64,000 nucleotides of DNA from Octopus vulgaris (taxonomy: Eukaryota), in contig CATOCA020000001.1 in assembly GCA_951406725.2 (NCBI GenBank), positions 9,796,001 through 9,860,000 on the forward strand, given 5' to 3'. The notes below the pieces were generated by a model. It was given only the letters and a program-made list of their open reading frames with translations, did no database searches and was not told where the DNA came from. Within the stretch, counting starts at the first letter, position 1, and each line of letters begins with the position of its first letter. Position numbers and translations under genes: made by a program. Below are positions 41,841-53,384 of this stretch, piece by piece.

Positions 41841-44800
41841 TGATTGATTGATTGATTCTAGTTTCAGCTCATGAGCTGTGGCCATGCTGGGGCACCGCCA
41901 TTTGGTGTTGCTACTTGGTTTTACTTCACGAAAGCTTTTTAGCAACTGCCATTTGGTGCATGAGAGAGTTCGATGCAGCTGCCCTCATCTGCACCTCCTG
42001 CCGTGAAGTTGGTTCATCTGGGACACCTGACAGGAAGAAATCCAGTTCCATTTTAAAGACATCTGCATCCACCCCATGCAGGTCTCTCAGGTTCTTCGGG
42101 AGGATATTGAAGAGCTGTGGGCCACGGAAGCTCGGGCTATCACAGTATCGTGTCCTACATCTTGATGGCAAATTTGGAGTCCTAGGCACCACGTAGTGGC
42201 GCCCAGTTCTGGCATTTGTGTAACTCTCGATGCCAAAGTTTGGGACACGTCCCTCCAGGATCTTCCAGATGTATATTATGGCATATCTTCCCCGCCTACG
42301 CTCCAAGGAATATAGTTTTAATCTCTTGAGTCTTTCCCAGTAGCTTACATTCTGCATAGAGGCTATCTTCTTCGTGTAGCTTCGCTGGATCGCCTCGAGC
42401 TCTGTGATCAACTCGACACTGGATGTTGACAATAACTCAGAGCAATAGTCAAAGTGGCTTAGGACAAGTGTCCTCCAGAGGACCATCAGGGTTTCTTGTT
42501 CTCTTGTTCTAAAGGTTCTGAGAATCCATCCGGCCAGCCGTCTACATTTCATTGCCAATTTAGCAACATGAACACGAAAGGTTGCGTCATCACTCATGCA
42601 AATACCCAGGTCACGCACTGATTGTGCCTCTGGGATTGCTATTCCTCCGGGTCCAGTGTATTCATTGGGTATTGCATTTAGTTTTGCATGCTGATAGTAT
42701 AAAGCTTGAAACTTTTCAGCATTGAACTGCATGCTATTCTTTTCAGCCCACTTGTATATTTCGTCCAGCTCACATTGCAGGTGCTTAGTGTCTTCAGGGT
42801 TCTGTATTGCCTGTGAAACTTTTGTATCATCTGCATAACTTGTGATCGTGGCTCTCTGCGTGGCTGAGGGCATGTCTGAGAGGGCCATTATTAACAGTAG
42901 TGGTCCCAAAACAGTGCCCTGCGGAACACCGCTCACTATTTGTGTGTTAATGGAAGTGGCCTCATTGGCTGCTACCACCTGACTTCTATTCTTCAGAAAG
43001 TCATGAAGCCATTCTCCCAATTTTCCAACTATGCCAAGATCACGCAGTTTGTGACATATCATTCCATGATCGACTTTATCAAAGGCCTTTGCAAAGTCGA
43101 GATATATGACTTCCACATTTGAGTGGTTGAGCAGTTGTTTCAGCACCCAGTCATAGTGTTGTAGGAGCTGAGTTAAACAGCTTCTTCCTGGTCGGAAACC
43201 ATGTTGGGTGTCAGGCAGCAAGTCATTTTCTTCAAGGAAGGTGATTAGTTTCCTTCTGACTATTCGTTCCATGACCTTGATGATGTGTGAGGTGAGAGAG
43301 ATAGGTCTGTAGTTCTTGGCCTCTGCTCTGCTACCACCTTTATGAATAGGGCATATTTTACCTTCCTTCAGTTTTTTTGGAAGTTTGCCAGCTGCTAGGA
43401 AGCTCTGAAAGAGGATCTGCAGTGGTCTTGCTAGGACTCTCTTACATACTTTTAGGAGGATTGCCGGGAATCTATCGGGGCCAATAGCTGATTCTGTTTT
43501 CATTTCATCTATGGCCTTTATTACATCGTCTTCCTTTATATCGATGTAATTTATCGTCGCCGCCTCTGATTTTATATCTGCAGTGGTAAAGAAGTCAGTT
43601 GGATTGGTGATTTGGAAATGCCCGAGGGGTGGAATGAAAACACTCTTGAATTGCTCATTCAGTATTTCACTTACCCTCATTGGTTTTCCTGTGAGTGTAC
43701 CATCCTTTTCAAGGAGTGGCCCTATCCTACAGTGCACCGTAGCTGTTTCTTTGGCATACCTGTAGAAAGCTCTGGGGTTAGATTTTATGTTGTCTATAGT
43801 CCAGGCTTCTTTGTCTGCTCTTTCCTTTTCATGGGAGAGTTGCAGACATTTTTCAATTTCCAACAGTTTTATTTTCAGGCGGGACTTTTCACTGCTTTCA
43901 ATCTGTTTGTTTAGGCGATTTGAAATTTTTGTACGCCGTCTCATTAAGATTTTCCTCTCTCTGGGGATTTTGTTCTTGTGTACAGTGGCCTTTCTCTCTG
44001 GGACACATTTGTAGCATATGGCTTGCGTTACAGACATGAATTGTTGAAGTTTCACGTCGATGTCTGGCGAGGAGAGACATTTAGGCCAGTTTTGTTTGAG
44101 GATCTCTTTCTCAATTTGTTTCCAGTTTGCCTTATGGTAGTTCAAGCTGGAAAGATTCTGAGGGTTTCTTGTAGGCTGCATGTCCGTGCTTTCTTTTGGC
44201 CCGTACATGGTCAGCTCTACCATGTTGTGATCCGAGAGTAGTGTCGGTGTCACTTTCACATTATGGATGAGATCCATATTATTTGTGAAGTAGAGATCCA
44301 GTGTGTTACCTGCCCTGGTTGGTTGGAGTATTACTTGCTCCATGTACAGGGTGTTGATGAGGTTCAGGAGGGACCTCGCCTGTCCTCGTTCACATCTTGT
44401 CATTCCTGGGAGAGAAAGGCCCTCGGGCCATCTGACATTGGGTAGATTGAAGTCTCCCATAAGAAGTACACTTATGTGTTGTTCTAATGTGATTAGAACT
44501 TCTTCTATTTTTATAAGGCAGTCTTCAAACTTGCCCACATGGCTTGGGGCATCTGGAGGGCGATATGTAGCACACACAACTACATCAAGTTGCCTTATAT
44601 GTACAATTAGTGTGTCACACACCGAGTTTGAGTATGACAAGAGGACCTGGGGTGTGAGGTCCTCACGGATGTACATAGCAACTCCTCCATGACTCCTTTC
44701 TTTTCTGTCGGTCCGTAGTACAACATACTGTGGTATGTGTAACTCCGCATCTGCTATGTCCGGTTTCAGGTGCGTTTCTGTAAGTGCTATGCATAAGGCT

Positions 44801-45417
44801 TGATTGCATGCAACAAAGTCTCTCAAGAACGGGATCTTTGTCCTGTTACTGAGTGTTTGCAGCCCTCTGATGTTCAGTAGGAGCATCGAGGTGAGGTGTA
44901 TGTTGTTGCCGGCGGTGTCCATCCTGGGTCTGTTTGCTGTGGTGGTCTTGTATATAGTGGGTAGTCCCACCTGCGGGCTTGGGTTTGATGAAGCCAGGTC
45001 AGCTGCTGTACAATCTTTTGTGCCATGCACAAAAAAGATTGCTGCTGCTGCCCTTTTTAACAACATCATGTTTGCGGTTTGTGGCACGCAAACATCTGCG
45101 TACCTCCGCTTTGAGGCAGGTGGTGCGTGGACCTTCCCTTTTCCTTGTGTTGATGGCTTGTCCATCTGCCTCGTGTCTCTGCGGCAGGGTCCCCGATGTG
45201 CAAAGCGGAAGCCTGCACCTTCCTTTCCATGCCAGCAGGTACCTCTCAGGTAGAACCTACACACCCGTCGGCGCTGTTTGTTTCCATCCTTTGCAGTTCC
45301 ACTTCCATTCCTGGTTGTTTCACCCTTTGGTCCTGCTTGAGCTCTTCCTTTAGCTCTTTCAGTCCTTCTTTTAGTTCTTCTTCCTCCCTCTACCTCTTCC
45401 CCGGGTTCTCCGTCTAC
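41838..45417 (-). mobile_element. CR1/L2-group non-LTR retrotransposon, 5'-truncated within ORF1, (AATC)n tail
   Basis: APE and RT ORF; (TGAT)n at 41838-41857 abuts (TA)n; absent from the duplicated copy. Confidence 0.93.
41926..45264 (-). CDS. LINE polyprotein: CCCH-like Zn-finger remnant, APE endonuclease and RT
   Basis: Motifs LNIRGL, LTETHL, YRPP, GDFN, LDL, SDH (APE); NYRPISL, QHGF, YLDFAKAFD, GVPQG, YADD (RT). No stops over 1112 codons, and the frame stays open upstream to ~45417. Confidence 0.93.
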   Translation of the reverse strand: MCRFYLRGTCWHGKEGAGFRFAHRGPCRRDTRQMDKPSTQGKGKVHAPPASKRRYADVCVPQTANMMLLKRAAAAIFFVHGTKDCTAADLASSNPSPQVGLPTIYKTTTANRPRMDTAGNNIHLTSMLLLNIRGLQTLSNRTKIPFLRDFVACNQALCIALTETHLKPDIADAELHIPQYVVLRTDRKERSHGGVAMYIREDLTPQVLLSYSNSVCDTLIVHIRQLDVVVCATYRPPDAPSHVGKFEDCLIKIEEVLITLEQHISVLLMGDFNLPNVRWPEGLSLPGMTRCERGQARSLLNLINTLYMEQVILQPTRAGNTLDLYFTNNMDLIHNVKVTPTLLSDHNMVELTMYGPKESTDMQPTRNPQNLSSLNYHKANWKQIEKEILKQNWPKCLSSPDIDVKLQQFMSVTQAICYKCVPERKATVHKNKIPRERKILMRRRTKISNRLNKQIESSEKSRLKIKLLEIEKCLQLSHEKERADKEAWTIDNIKSNPRAFYRYAKETATVHCRIGPLLEKDGTLTGKPMRVSEILNEQFKSVFIPPLGHFQITNPTDFFTTADIKSEAATINYIDIKEDDVIKAIDEMKTESAIGPDRFPAILLKVCKRVLARPLQILFQSFLAAGKLPKKLKEGKICPIHKGGSRAEAKNYRPISLTSHIIKVMERIVRRKLITFLEENDLLPDTQHGFRPGRSCLTQLLQHYDWVLKQLLNHSNVEVIYLDFAKAFDKVDHGMICHKLRDLGIVGKLGEWLHDFLKNRSQVVAANEATSINTQIVSGVPQGTVLGPLLLIMALSDMPSATQRATITSYADDTKVSQAIQNPEDTKHLQCELDEIYKWAEKNSMQFNAEKFQALYYQHAKLNAIPNEYTGPGGIAIPEAQSVRDLGICMSDDATFRVHVAKLAMKCRRLAGWILRTFRTREQETLMVLWRTLVLSHFDYCSELLSTSSVELITELEAIQRSYTKKIASMQNVSYWERLKRLKLYSLERRRGRYAIIYIWKILEGRVPNFGIESYTNARTGRHYVVPRTPNLPSRCRTRYCDSPSFRGPQLFNILPKNLRDLHGVDADVFKMELDFFLSGVPDEPTSRQEVQMRAAASNSLMHQMAVAKKLS

Positions 45418-45523
45418 ATATATATATATATGTAGATGTATGTATGAATGTATCTATTCTTAGAAATATGTTACATATACACACACGTTTATATATATGT
45501 ACACACATACGTTCATACATATC

Positions 45524-45574
<51 letters not shown>

Positions 45575-45699
45575 TTATACATACATATGCGTGCATATTT
45601 CTATTGCATATATAAATATATATATTTATGTGTATATATGCACATACATGTGTGAGTGTACGGCGTCTCAGCTGTGTTCAATGCAGAAAAATGAATATA

Positions 45700-45870
45700 G
45701 TCGCAGGAGTGGCTGTGTGGTAAGTAGCTTGCTAACCAGCCACATGGCTCCGGGTTCAGTCCTACTACGTGGCATCTTGGGCAAGTGTCTTCTGCTATAG
45801 CCCCGGGCCGACCAATGTCTTGTGAGTGGATTTGGTAGACGGAAACTGAAAGAAGCCTGTCGTATATATG

Positions 45871-45901
<31 letters not shown>

Positions 45902-46110
45902 TTGTGTGTCTGTGTTTGTCCCCCTAACATTGCTCGACGACCGATGCTGGTGTGTTTACGTCCCCGTCACTTAGCGGTTCGGCAAAAGATACCGATAGAA
46001 TAAGTACTAAGCTTACAAAGAATAAGTCCCGGGGTCGAGTTGCTCGACTAAAGGCGGTGCTCCAGCTTGGCCGTAGTCAAATGACTGAAACAAGTAAAAG
46101 AGTAAAAGAG
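45700..46110 (+). mobile_element. Full-length tRNA-derived SINE; duplicate at 58106-58507
   Basis: Same head, internal microsatellite and tail as 37056-37525. Confidence 0.9.
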
Positions 46111-46145
46111 TAATATATACATACATGTCGATATGTATTTACGTA

Positions 46146-46189
<44 letters not shown>

Positions 46190-46574
46190 GATATGTATGT
46201 ACGTATGTGTGTACATATATATAAACGTGTGTGTATATGTAACATATTTCTAAGAATACATACATTCATACATACATCTACATACGCCGTGTGTATGAAT
46301 GTGTTTCTAAATGTGCATTTATACATGTGTGTGTATTATAAATATATATGTGTGTGTGTGTATGTGTATGTGTATGCACATATGTATGTATGCATGTATA
46401 TATGTTTGTATGTATGTATAAATGTATATATATATATTTGTGTTTGTATGTGCGCGTATATGTGTGTGTATGTATGTATATATATATACATGTGCGTGCA
46501 TATATATCTGTATAAATGCATTTACATGTGCATATATATATGCTTAGACACAAATACATACACGTACAATATAT

Positions 46575-46610
<36 letters not shown>

Positions 46611-47019
46611 ATAGATTGATGGATAGTTAGATAGATAGATACATGCATACATACACACATTCATACATATATACAGACTCACACACACACATATATATAT
46701 ATATATATCTGTGTGTGTGTGTGTGTGTATAGATATATATATATATATGCTAACACGTGTATATATACACGTAAATAAGTATAAAAATATATGTATGTAT
46801 AAATGCCAGAAAATAATGGATCGTGCCAAGATTTTGCTGCTACTTCTAGCATGTAGAAATTACCTGTTAAAGCGTAATTTTCTATTTTGAAATATCTATA
46901 TATCTATATATTTACTACCCACAAGGGGCTAAACATAGAGGGGACAAACAAGGACAGACAAAGGGATTAAGTCGATTACATCGACCCTAGTGCGAAACTG
47001 GTACATATATATATTCTTT

Positions 47020-47293
47020 TATTCTTTTCTTTTACTTGTTTCAGTCATTTGACTGCGGCCATGCTGGAGCACCGCCATTAGTCGAACAACTCGACCCCGG
47101 GACTTATTCTTTTGCAATCCCAGTACTTATTCTATCGGTCTCTCTTGCCGATCGGGGACATAAGCACACCAGCATCGGTTGTCAAGCAATGCTAGGGGAC
47201 AAACACAGACACACAAATACACACTCAGTGGGACTGAACCCGCAACCATGTGGTTGGTAGACAAGCTACTTACCACACAGCCACTCCTGCGCC
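47020..47293 (-). mobile_element. Internally deleted SINE in reverse orientation; duplicate at ~59355-59628
   Basis: Reverse complement of the SINE tail (TTTCAGTCATTTGACTGCGGCCATGCTGGAGCACCGCC) and head (CCACACAGCCACTCCTGCGCC). Confidence 0.85.
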
Positions 47294-47378
47294 TATATAT
47301 ATATGTGTATATATATATATATATATTGTTATATTTCGGAATGGTCATATTGCCAGTTTAGCCAATAAATATTTAAAC

Positions 47379-47467
<89 letters not shown>

Positions 47468-47479
47468 TATATATTTATG

Positions 47480-47521
<42 letters not shown>

Positions 47522-47740
47522 CTATATATATTTATATATCTATATATCTATATATCTATACATATGTGTGTGTGTGTATATATATATATGTAGATGTATA
47601 TATATATACATATATAAAAAAATAAAGGTCTTTATTTTTCATGTACTTCAAAATTTGCCAGAAAATAATGGATCGTAGTAATCTTTGCTGCTATTTCTAG
47701 CATGTAAAAATTGCCTGTTAGAGGGTAATTTTCTATTTTG

Positions 47741-47814
<74 letters not shown>

Positions 47815-47831
47815 GTATGTATGTACGTATG

Positions 47832-47872
<41 letters not shown>

Positions 47873-48013
47873 TTTACGCTCTCTCTCTGTCTGTATTTAA
47901 CTCACTATATAACATATCAGTTTCTCTCTCTCTCGATATAAAACTATTTTTCTCTATTATTACCCGTTGCTAAGCAACTCAGGGAAAAGGTGTGTGCGCG
48001 TGTGACTGTATTT

Positions 48014-48089
<76 letters not shown>

Positions 48090-48825
48090 TCTGCGTGTAT
48101 TTTTAAAATCTTCCGATTATCGCTGACTTGAAATATACATTTCATTTCGTTTGCCATTGTAAAGTCAGATTGTATCTGAGACAGAATTGAAAATGCAAAG
48201 TTTCTGTTGACAGGATACCTGAATTTTCTGTATCTTTTGCTGACCCACCCCACTCACGCCATTTAATTTCATCAGTACTTAAGGCCTTCTTCTCTCTCTC
48301 TGTCTACCCCTCTCTCTCTGTCTACCTCTCTCTGTCTGTCTGTCTGTCTGTCTGTATTTAACTCACTATCTAACATATAAGTTTCTCTCTCTCTCTCAAT
48401 ATAAAACTATTCTTCTCTATTATTACCCGTTGCTAAGCAACTCAGGGAAAAGGTGTGTGCGTGTGTGATTGTGTTTTCAATTGTGTGTGTGTATGTGTGC
48501 GTTTGTGCCTTTCGACACCAGTGCGTGCGTGCGTAACGATACACACACAAACCTCCACAAACATAAACGCACAAAATTGAAAAAACACAGTTACACACTC
48601 AAACACTCGCACACAGAAACGAAAATACACACGCACACTCACACTCACACACGCACACATACATACGGACAAACACCACACACACACACACAAAAATGAA
48701 AATACTCAGTTACACACTCACACGCACACACACACGCACACACTAGAGCGCACACACACACACACACACGCACAAGCAATAAACTGGAAACGCGCGCACG
48801 CAGACACAGAAAGGAAAACACACAT

Positions 48826-48856
<31 letters not shown>

Positions 48857-49546
48857 AATAGATTTTGTAGATGGAAACTGAAAGAAGCCCATCGTATATA
48901 AATGTATACATATATGTGTGTGTGTGAGTGTTTGTGTCTGTTTGTCCCCCTTCAACATCGCTTGACAACCGATGCTGGGGTGTTTACATCCCCGTCAATT
49001 AGCCGCTTGGTAAGAAACGCTAGGCTTGAAAAGAATAAGTCTTGGGATCGATTTGCTCGACTAAAGGCGGTGCTCCAGCATGGCCACAGTCAGATGACTG
49101 AAACAAGGAAAATAAAAACTTATATATATATATATTTATATGTATATGTTTATGTATGTATATGTATATGTTTACGTATATATATATATATGTATATATA
49201 TATAGGCGCAGGAGTGGCTGTGTGGTAAGTAGCTTGCTAACCAACCACTTGGCTCCGGGTTCAGTCCCACTGCGTGGCATCTTGGGCAAGTGTTTTCTGC
49301 TATAGCCCCGGGCCGACCAATGCCTTGTGAGTGGATTTGGTGGACGGAAACTGAAAGAAGCCTGTCGTATATATGTATATAGACTTAGGGGTGGCTGTGT
49401 GGTAAGTAGTTTGCTAACCAACCACATGGCTCCGGGTTCAGTCCCACTGCGTGGCATCTTGGGCAAGTGTCTTCTGCTATAGCCCAGGGCCGACCAATGC
49501 CTTGTGAGTGGATTTGGTAGACTGAAACTGAAAGAAGCCTGTCGTA

Positions 49547-49641
<95 letters not shown>

Positions 49642-50774
49642 GGCAGTTTGTCTGTGCGTGTTTCTGTGTGTCTGTTTTCTCGTACCCTCACTCTGACCAC
49701 GGCTTTCAACCGATTCTGATGAAACTTGACACACACATAGCCCAATGTCATAATTCAAAACTAACGTAGCGAAAATTTTGAAAAGTTCCCCCAGTTCTGA
49801 AAAAAATTGATAAATTCGACATGGGGTCGAGAATCAGAAACACGAACCACAGACTATCTAGGGGACGCAACTCGAGAATCTAAGCTTTTTTTATGCAACG
49901 CATTATCTATGGTAGTTTTCACAACTTGCAATCGATTTTCACCAAACTCATGGTGAAGCTTAATGTTACCCTAAGAAACTCAATTCTGAAGTTAGTTTTC
50001 CATGCAATACCTTACCATCAGAAACAGTCGATAAAATCATGCCATTTTGGGAAATCGCGTTCAAATTCAAGATGACATATTTTCGACAATATCTTTCACA
50101 AATTGGCAGGAATTTTTTTTTTTTCACAACGAGCATCATGTCTGCTCCAAGGAGCTATATAGCCCTTTTTATTCCAATAGGATACATTATTGGAAAAAAT
50201 CGGTTAATTTAATCATATGTGGCACACATAGCAAACAAATTTGTGTATTAAACACAAACCAGACTGCCTAGGGGACGCAACTTGACCTTTTTAGCTATCG
50301 ATAATTCGATCCAACCAATTCCTACCAGGAAGAAATTACATTCGAGACTTTACCCCCAACACCGCCACTTCTGCTAATAGCTGCTGCAGCCGCAAGTTAT
50401 TCGAATACTTTTTTTGTTTAAACTTTCTTTATAACTACCACCCCAAACGTTTTACCTTCAATTTTTGACGTACCCTAACGGTCCTCGGACGCTACTTGCA
50501 AACTCTTGGTTTATTATAAACCACTTTTGTCGTGTGCATCAAAAAAACTTTTCCTTTCGTTTGTTCAGTTTGATCACTTTTGACTTTTTCGTTGTTGTCA
50601 CTCACATTGCTACCCGCTTTTTGGCCGTTTTTGTACATTTTTATACATTTTCGGATACTTACCCCACGAGCTCCTTTTTATTACACCTTTACCAAACACA
50701 TTGCTATCCACCAAAATACTTACCCCACGTGTTCCTTTTTATTACACCTTTGCCAAACATTGCTATCCACCAAA

Positions 50775-53384
50775 ATGCCACCCAAGAAGAGAAGGACCCT
50801 CCTCAGCCCTCGGACGGCCAAGGCATCGGCTGCTAGGGCTAGAAGGGCACGCGAGACCCACGAGGAAACCGCCTTGCGCTTCTCGCAAACAGCTTCCCGT
50901 TATGCCGCTGCTCAGGCATCTGAAACTACTAGCGACCGTTCTACCCGACTTGCAAGGGTCGCAGCGTACAGATCTTCCCTCCGCTCGAGGTTGACGAAAG
51001 AGCAACAGTCCAGCCAAAACATGCGGGCTTCTTACTGTGCTTCCATCCGCAGAGCTCGCGAGAACCACGAACAAAGGGCCATTCGGAATGCGGCTAACGC
51101 CACTAGCACCGCCAGGACACGATCTGTCGAAACCTCACAGCAGAGGAGAACTCGCCAAGATGCTGACGCCGCAAACAAAGCCATAGCCCAAGCTGCCGAA
51201 ACACCTCAACAGAGGAGAGCTCGCCAAGCTGCTAACGCCGCAAACACAGCCAGGGCTCGATCTGCCGAAACTCCACACCAACGAAATATTCGGACATCCA
51301 GACAGGCCATTAACACTGCTTCTGCTAGGGCTTCAGAGGGTGCTGAGGCGAGAGCTGAAAGGCTTTCAAGGGATGCCACTGCTACCGCTGTCGCACGTGC
51401 ATCTGAATCTGCTGAGGCACGGTGCACTCGACTTGAGAGTATCAACAAACGTCGGGATATCATTCTTGGTGTACGTACCCCTTCCCCCGCTTTCTGGTTG
51501 TCACTAGCATTCAACTACGACGCCACAATTAACTTCTCCTTGCGTGACGACATCAAGATAGGGTCAATGAGAATTGTATGCCAGTTTTGCAAAGCCAAGA
51601 AATGGCCCGGAGAGACACCTGGTTTGTGCTGCTCTGGTGGCAAAGTGGACCTGCCACCCCTACGGGAACCACCTCAACCACTGAAGGATCTCGCGGCGGG
51701 TTTAATCCCCAAATCGTCACAATTCCTTGAAATAATTCGAAAGTACAACTGCTCATTCCAAATGACCTCTTTCGGGGCCAAAATTCCTCCCAGAGAAGGC
51801 TGGATGCCTACTTTCAAAGTGCAGGGACAGGTCTACCATCTTATTGGGTCACTTCTGCCAGACGAGATTCAGCAGTCTTCTTTCCTCCAAATATACTTCA
51901 TTGCCGACTACAACCACCAGGTTGATGCACGCCTTGGAATAATACCGGGTACAAGCTATGTTCCCCGCAAAGACATTCTTCTCCGTCTCCAAACCATGCT
52001 TCATGATATCAACAGCTACGTCTGCAGCTTCAGATATGTCTTGGACAGTGCTCCATCTCCAAACTTCACCGTTGTCATTGATGCTGATAAACGACCCCAC
52101 AGGGAGCACGAACGCCGTTTCAACGCACCTGCGTGCAACGAAATTGCCGCAGTCATACACGGAGAGCGGCGACACAACAGCCGTGACATAATCATCTCCT
52201 CCCGTGGTAACAACCTACACAGGATCAGCGAGACTCACAGATCTTATGACGCGCTTCAGTATCCATTGCTTTTCCCTTATGGGGAAGACGGCTACCACTT
52301 CGGAATTCCTTTACGGCAGCCCTCCAATCAAACTACTGCGGCATCAAAGACGGTTTCCTGCAGGGCGTTCTACTCATATCGGTTCATATTCAGGGAGGGT
52401 GAGTTCAGCTTATTGCCCCGTTGTCGTCAGCTATTCAACCAGTTCGCCGTCGACATGGCCGCAAAAATGGAATCGGAAAGGCTGCTATACATTAAACTTA
52501 ATCAGACCAAACTTCGCTCCGACTCCTACATTCATCTCCGTGACGGTTTGCAACAAGAAAATGACCCTCGCAACATCGGCAAGCCATGCATTCTACCCTC
52601 CACCTTCACGGGAGGACCGCGATATATGCGTGAAAGGACCCAAGACGCCTTGACCTACGTGCGCATTTACGGCCGGCCGGACCTCTTTATCACCTACACG
52701 TGCAATCCCAGCTGCGACGAAATCACTCGCGAACTCCTCCCGGGTCAATCTCACACCCATCGACACGACATCGTTGCTAGGGTTTTCCGTCTGAATTTGG
52801 GCAAAATTAAGGATTTGATAGTTAAGGGTCAGATTTTCGGGCATGTCAGGTGCCACGTTTTCGGTCGAGTGGCAAAAGAGGGGCTTGCCACATGCTCACG
52901 TCTTAATTTGGCTCACTCATAAAATCGAGACTAATGACATTGACAAATTCATTTCCGCCGAGATTCCTGACCCCGATGAGGACCCCGGACTCTACGAAAT
53001 TGTCCGCACTACCATGGTACACGGGCCCTGTGGACCAAATTACGCCAACACACCATGCTACAAAAACGGATTAGCCTGCTCAAAGGGATTCCCTAAACGG
53101 TTCACTTTGGAGACTCAAACAGGCGGCGATGGGTATCCGCTGTACAAACGAAGGAGTCGAGCCAATGGAGGCCGCACGATTACGGTTGGGCGACATCAAG
53201 TGGACAACAGCTACATTGTCCCCTACTGTCCTCTCCTGTCGAAGATATTCAAAGCCCACGTCAACGTTGAGTTCTGCAGCTCCATCAGGTCAATACAATA
53301 TGTCTGCAAATATATCAACAAAGGCAGCGATGTTGCCATGTTCAGCATCCAGAGGACCACCAGTCGCGACGAAGTGTCCAACTA
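50775..53384 (+). pseudogene. Helitron Rep (HUH endonuclease) half of RepHel; frameshift at ~52860
   Basis: MPPKKRR start, Cys motif CQFC..CCSGG, PSTFTGGPRYM, PDLFITYTCNP, (frameshift) VEWQKRGLPHAH (HUH), MVHGPC, YVCKYINKG. Confidence 0.92.

Noticed and set aside
50580-50774. Hydrophobic N-terminal extension of the Helitron ORF (TTG start)
   Set aside because: Non-ATG start in T-rich repeated 5' sequence. ATG 50775 (MPPKKRR) is the plausible start.
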